Assembly (NCBI GenBank): GCA_964469555.1
Contig: CAYYAQ010000011.1
Location: 1 to 58,514, forward strand
Direction of reading: 5' to 3'
Length of the DNA stretch: 58,514 nt
From: an uncultured candidatus Brocadiaceae bacterium
GTDB taxonomy: Bacteria; Planctomycetota; UBA1135; UBA2386
Position 1 is the first letter of the stretch; each line of letters begins with the position of its first letter. The translations under genes and the position numbers were made by a program. Positions 58,456 to 58,514 of the stretch are shown here, piece after piece. Under the pieces are notes generated by a model. It searched no databases and was not told where the DNA came from. It saw nothing but the letters and a program-made list of their open reading frames with translations.

Positions 58456-58514
58456 GTGATCGGCTCGGACCGCCGTTGGAAATTCTCGAAGCGCATGTAG
58501 TTGCGGAAGAACCG

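Overview
High-GC bacterial genome segment, almost certainly Planctomycetota: it carries the PVC-superphylum small basic protein, a zinc-ribbon SpoVG and giant TPR proteins. The left two-thirds is mostly housekeeping or lineage-typical genes: spoVG, ispE, a folK-panC fusion, pssA, adenosine deaminase, a pentaheme cytochrome, an ECF sigma factor, pnp, queE, an aminotransferase, a TMTC-like glycosyltransferase and UDG. Three things stand out. (1) A 12.5 kb cluster (35775-48321) in which two paralogous lipoprotein secretins bracket two periplasmic TPR proteins, one ExbB/TolQ and three ExbD/TolR genes, with no T2SS/T4P ATPase, pilin or TonB/TolA in the window. (2) One gene away, a convergent three-gene unit encoding a CpsD/MinD-like ATPase, a coiled-coil protein and a MamK-like actin, with no other magnetosome genes. 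(3) A dispersed ~140-nt CTAG-bounded palindromic element (two full copies, one half copy) that supplies a stop codon and possibly a leaderless -10 box to neighbouring genes. The window ends with hutH-hutU and bamA. I recognised no rRNA, tRNA, CRISPR array or transposase. All calls come from manual motif reading; no database searches were run.
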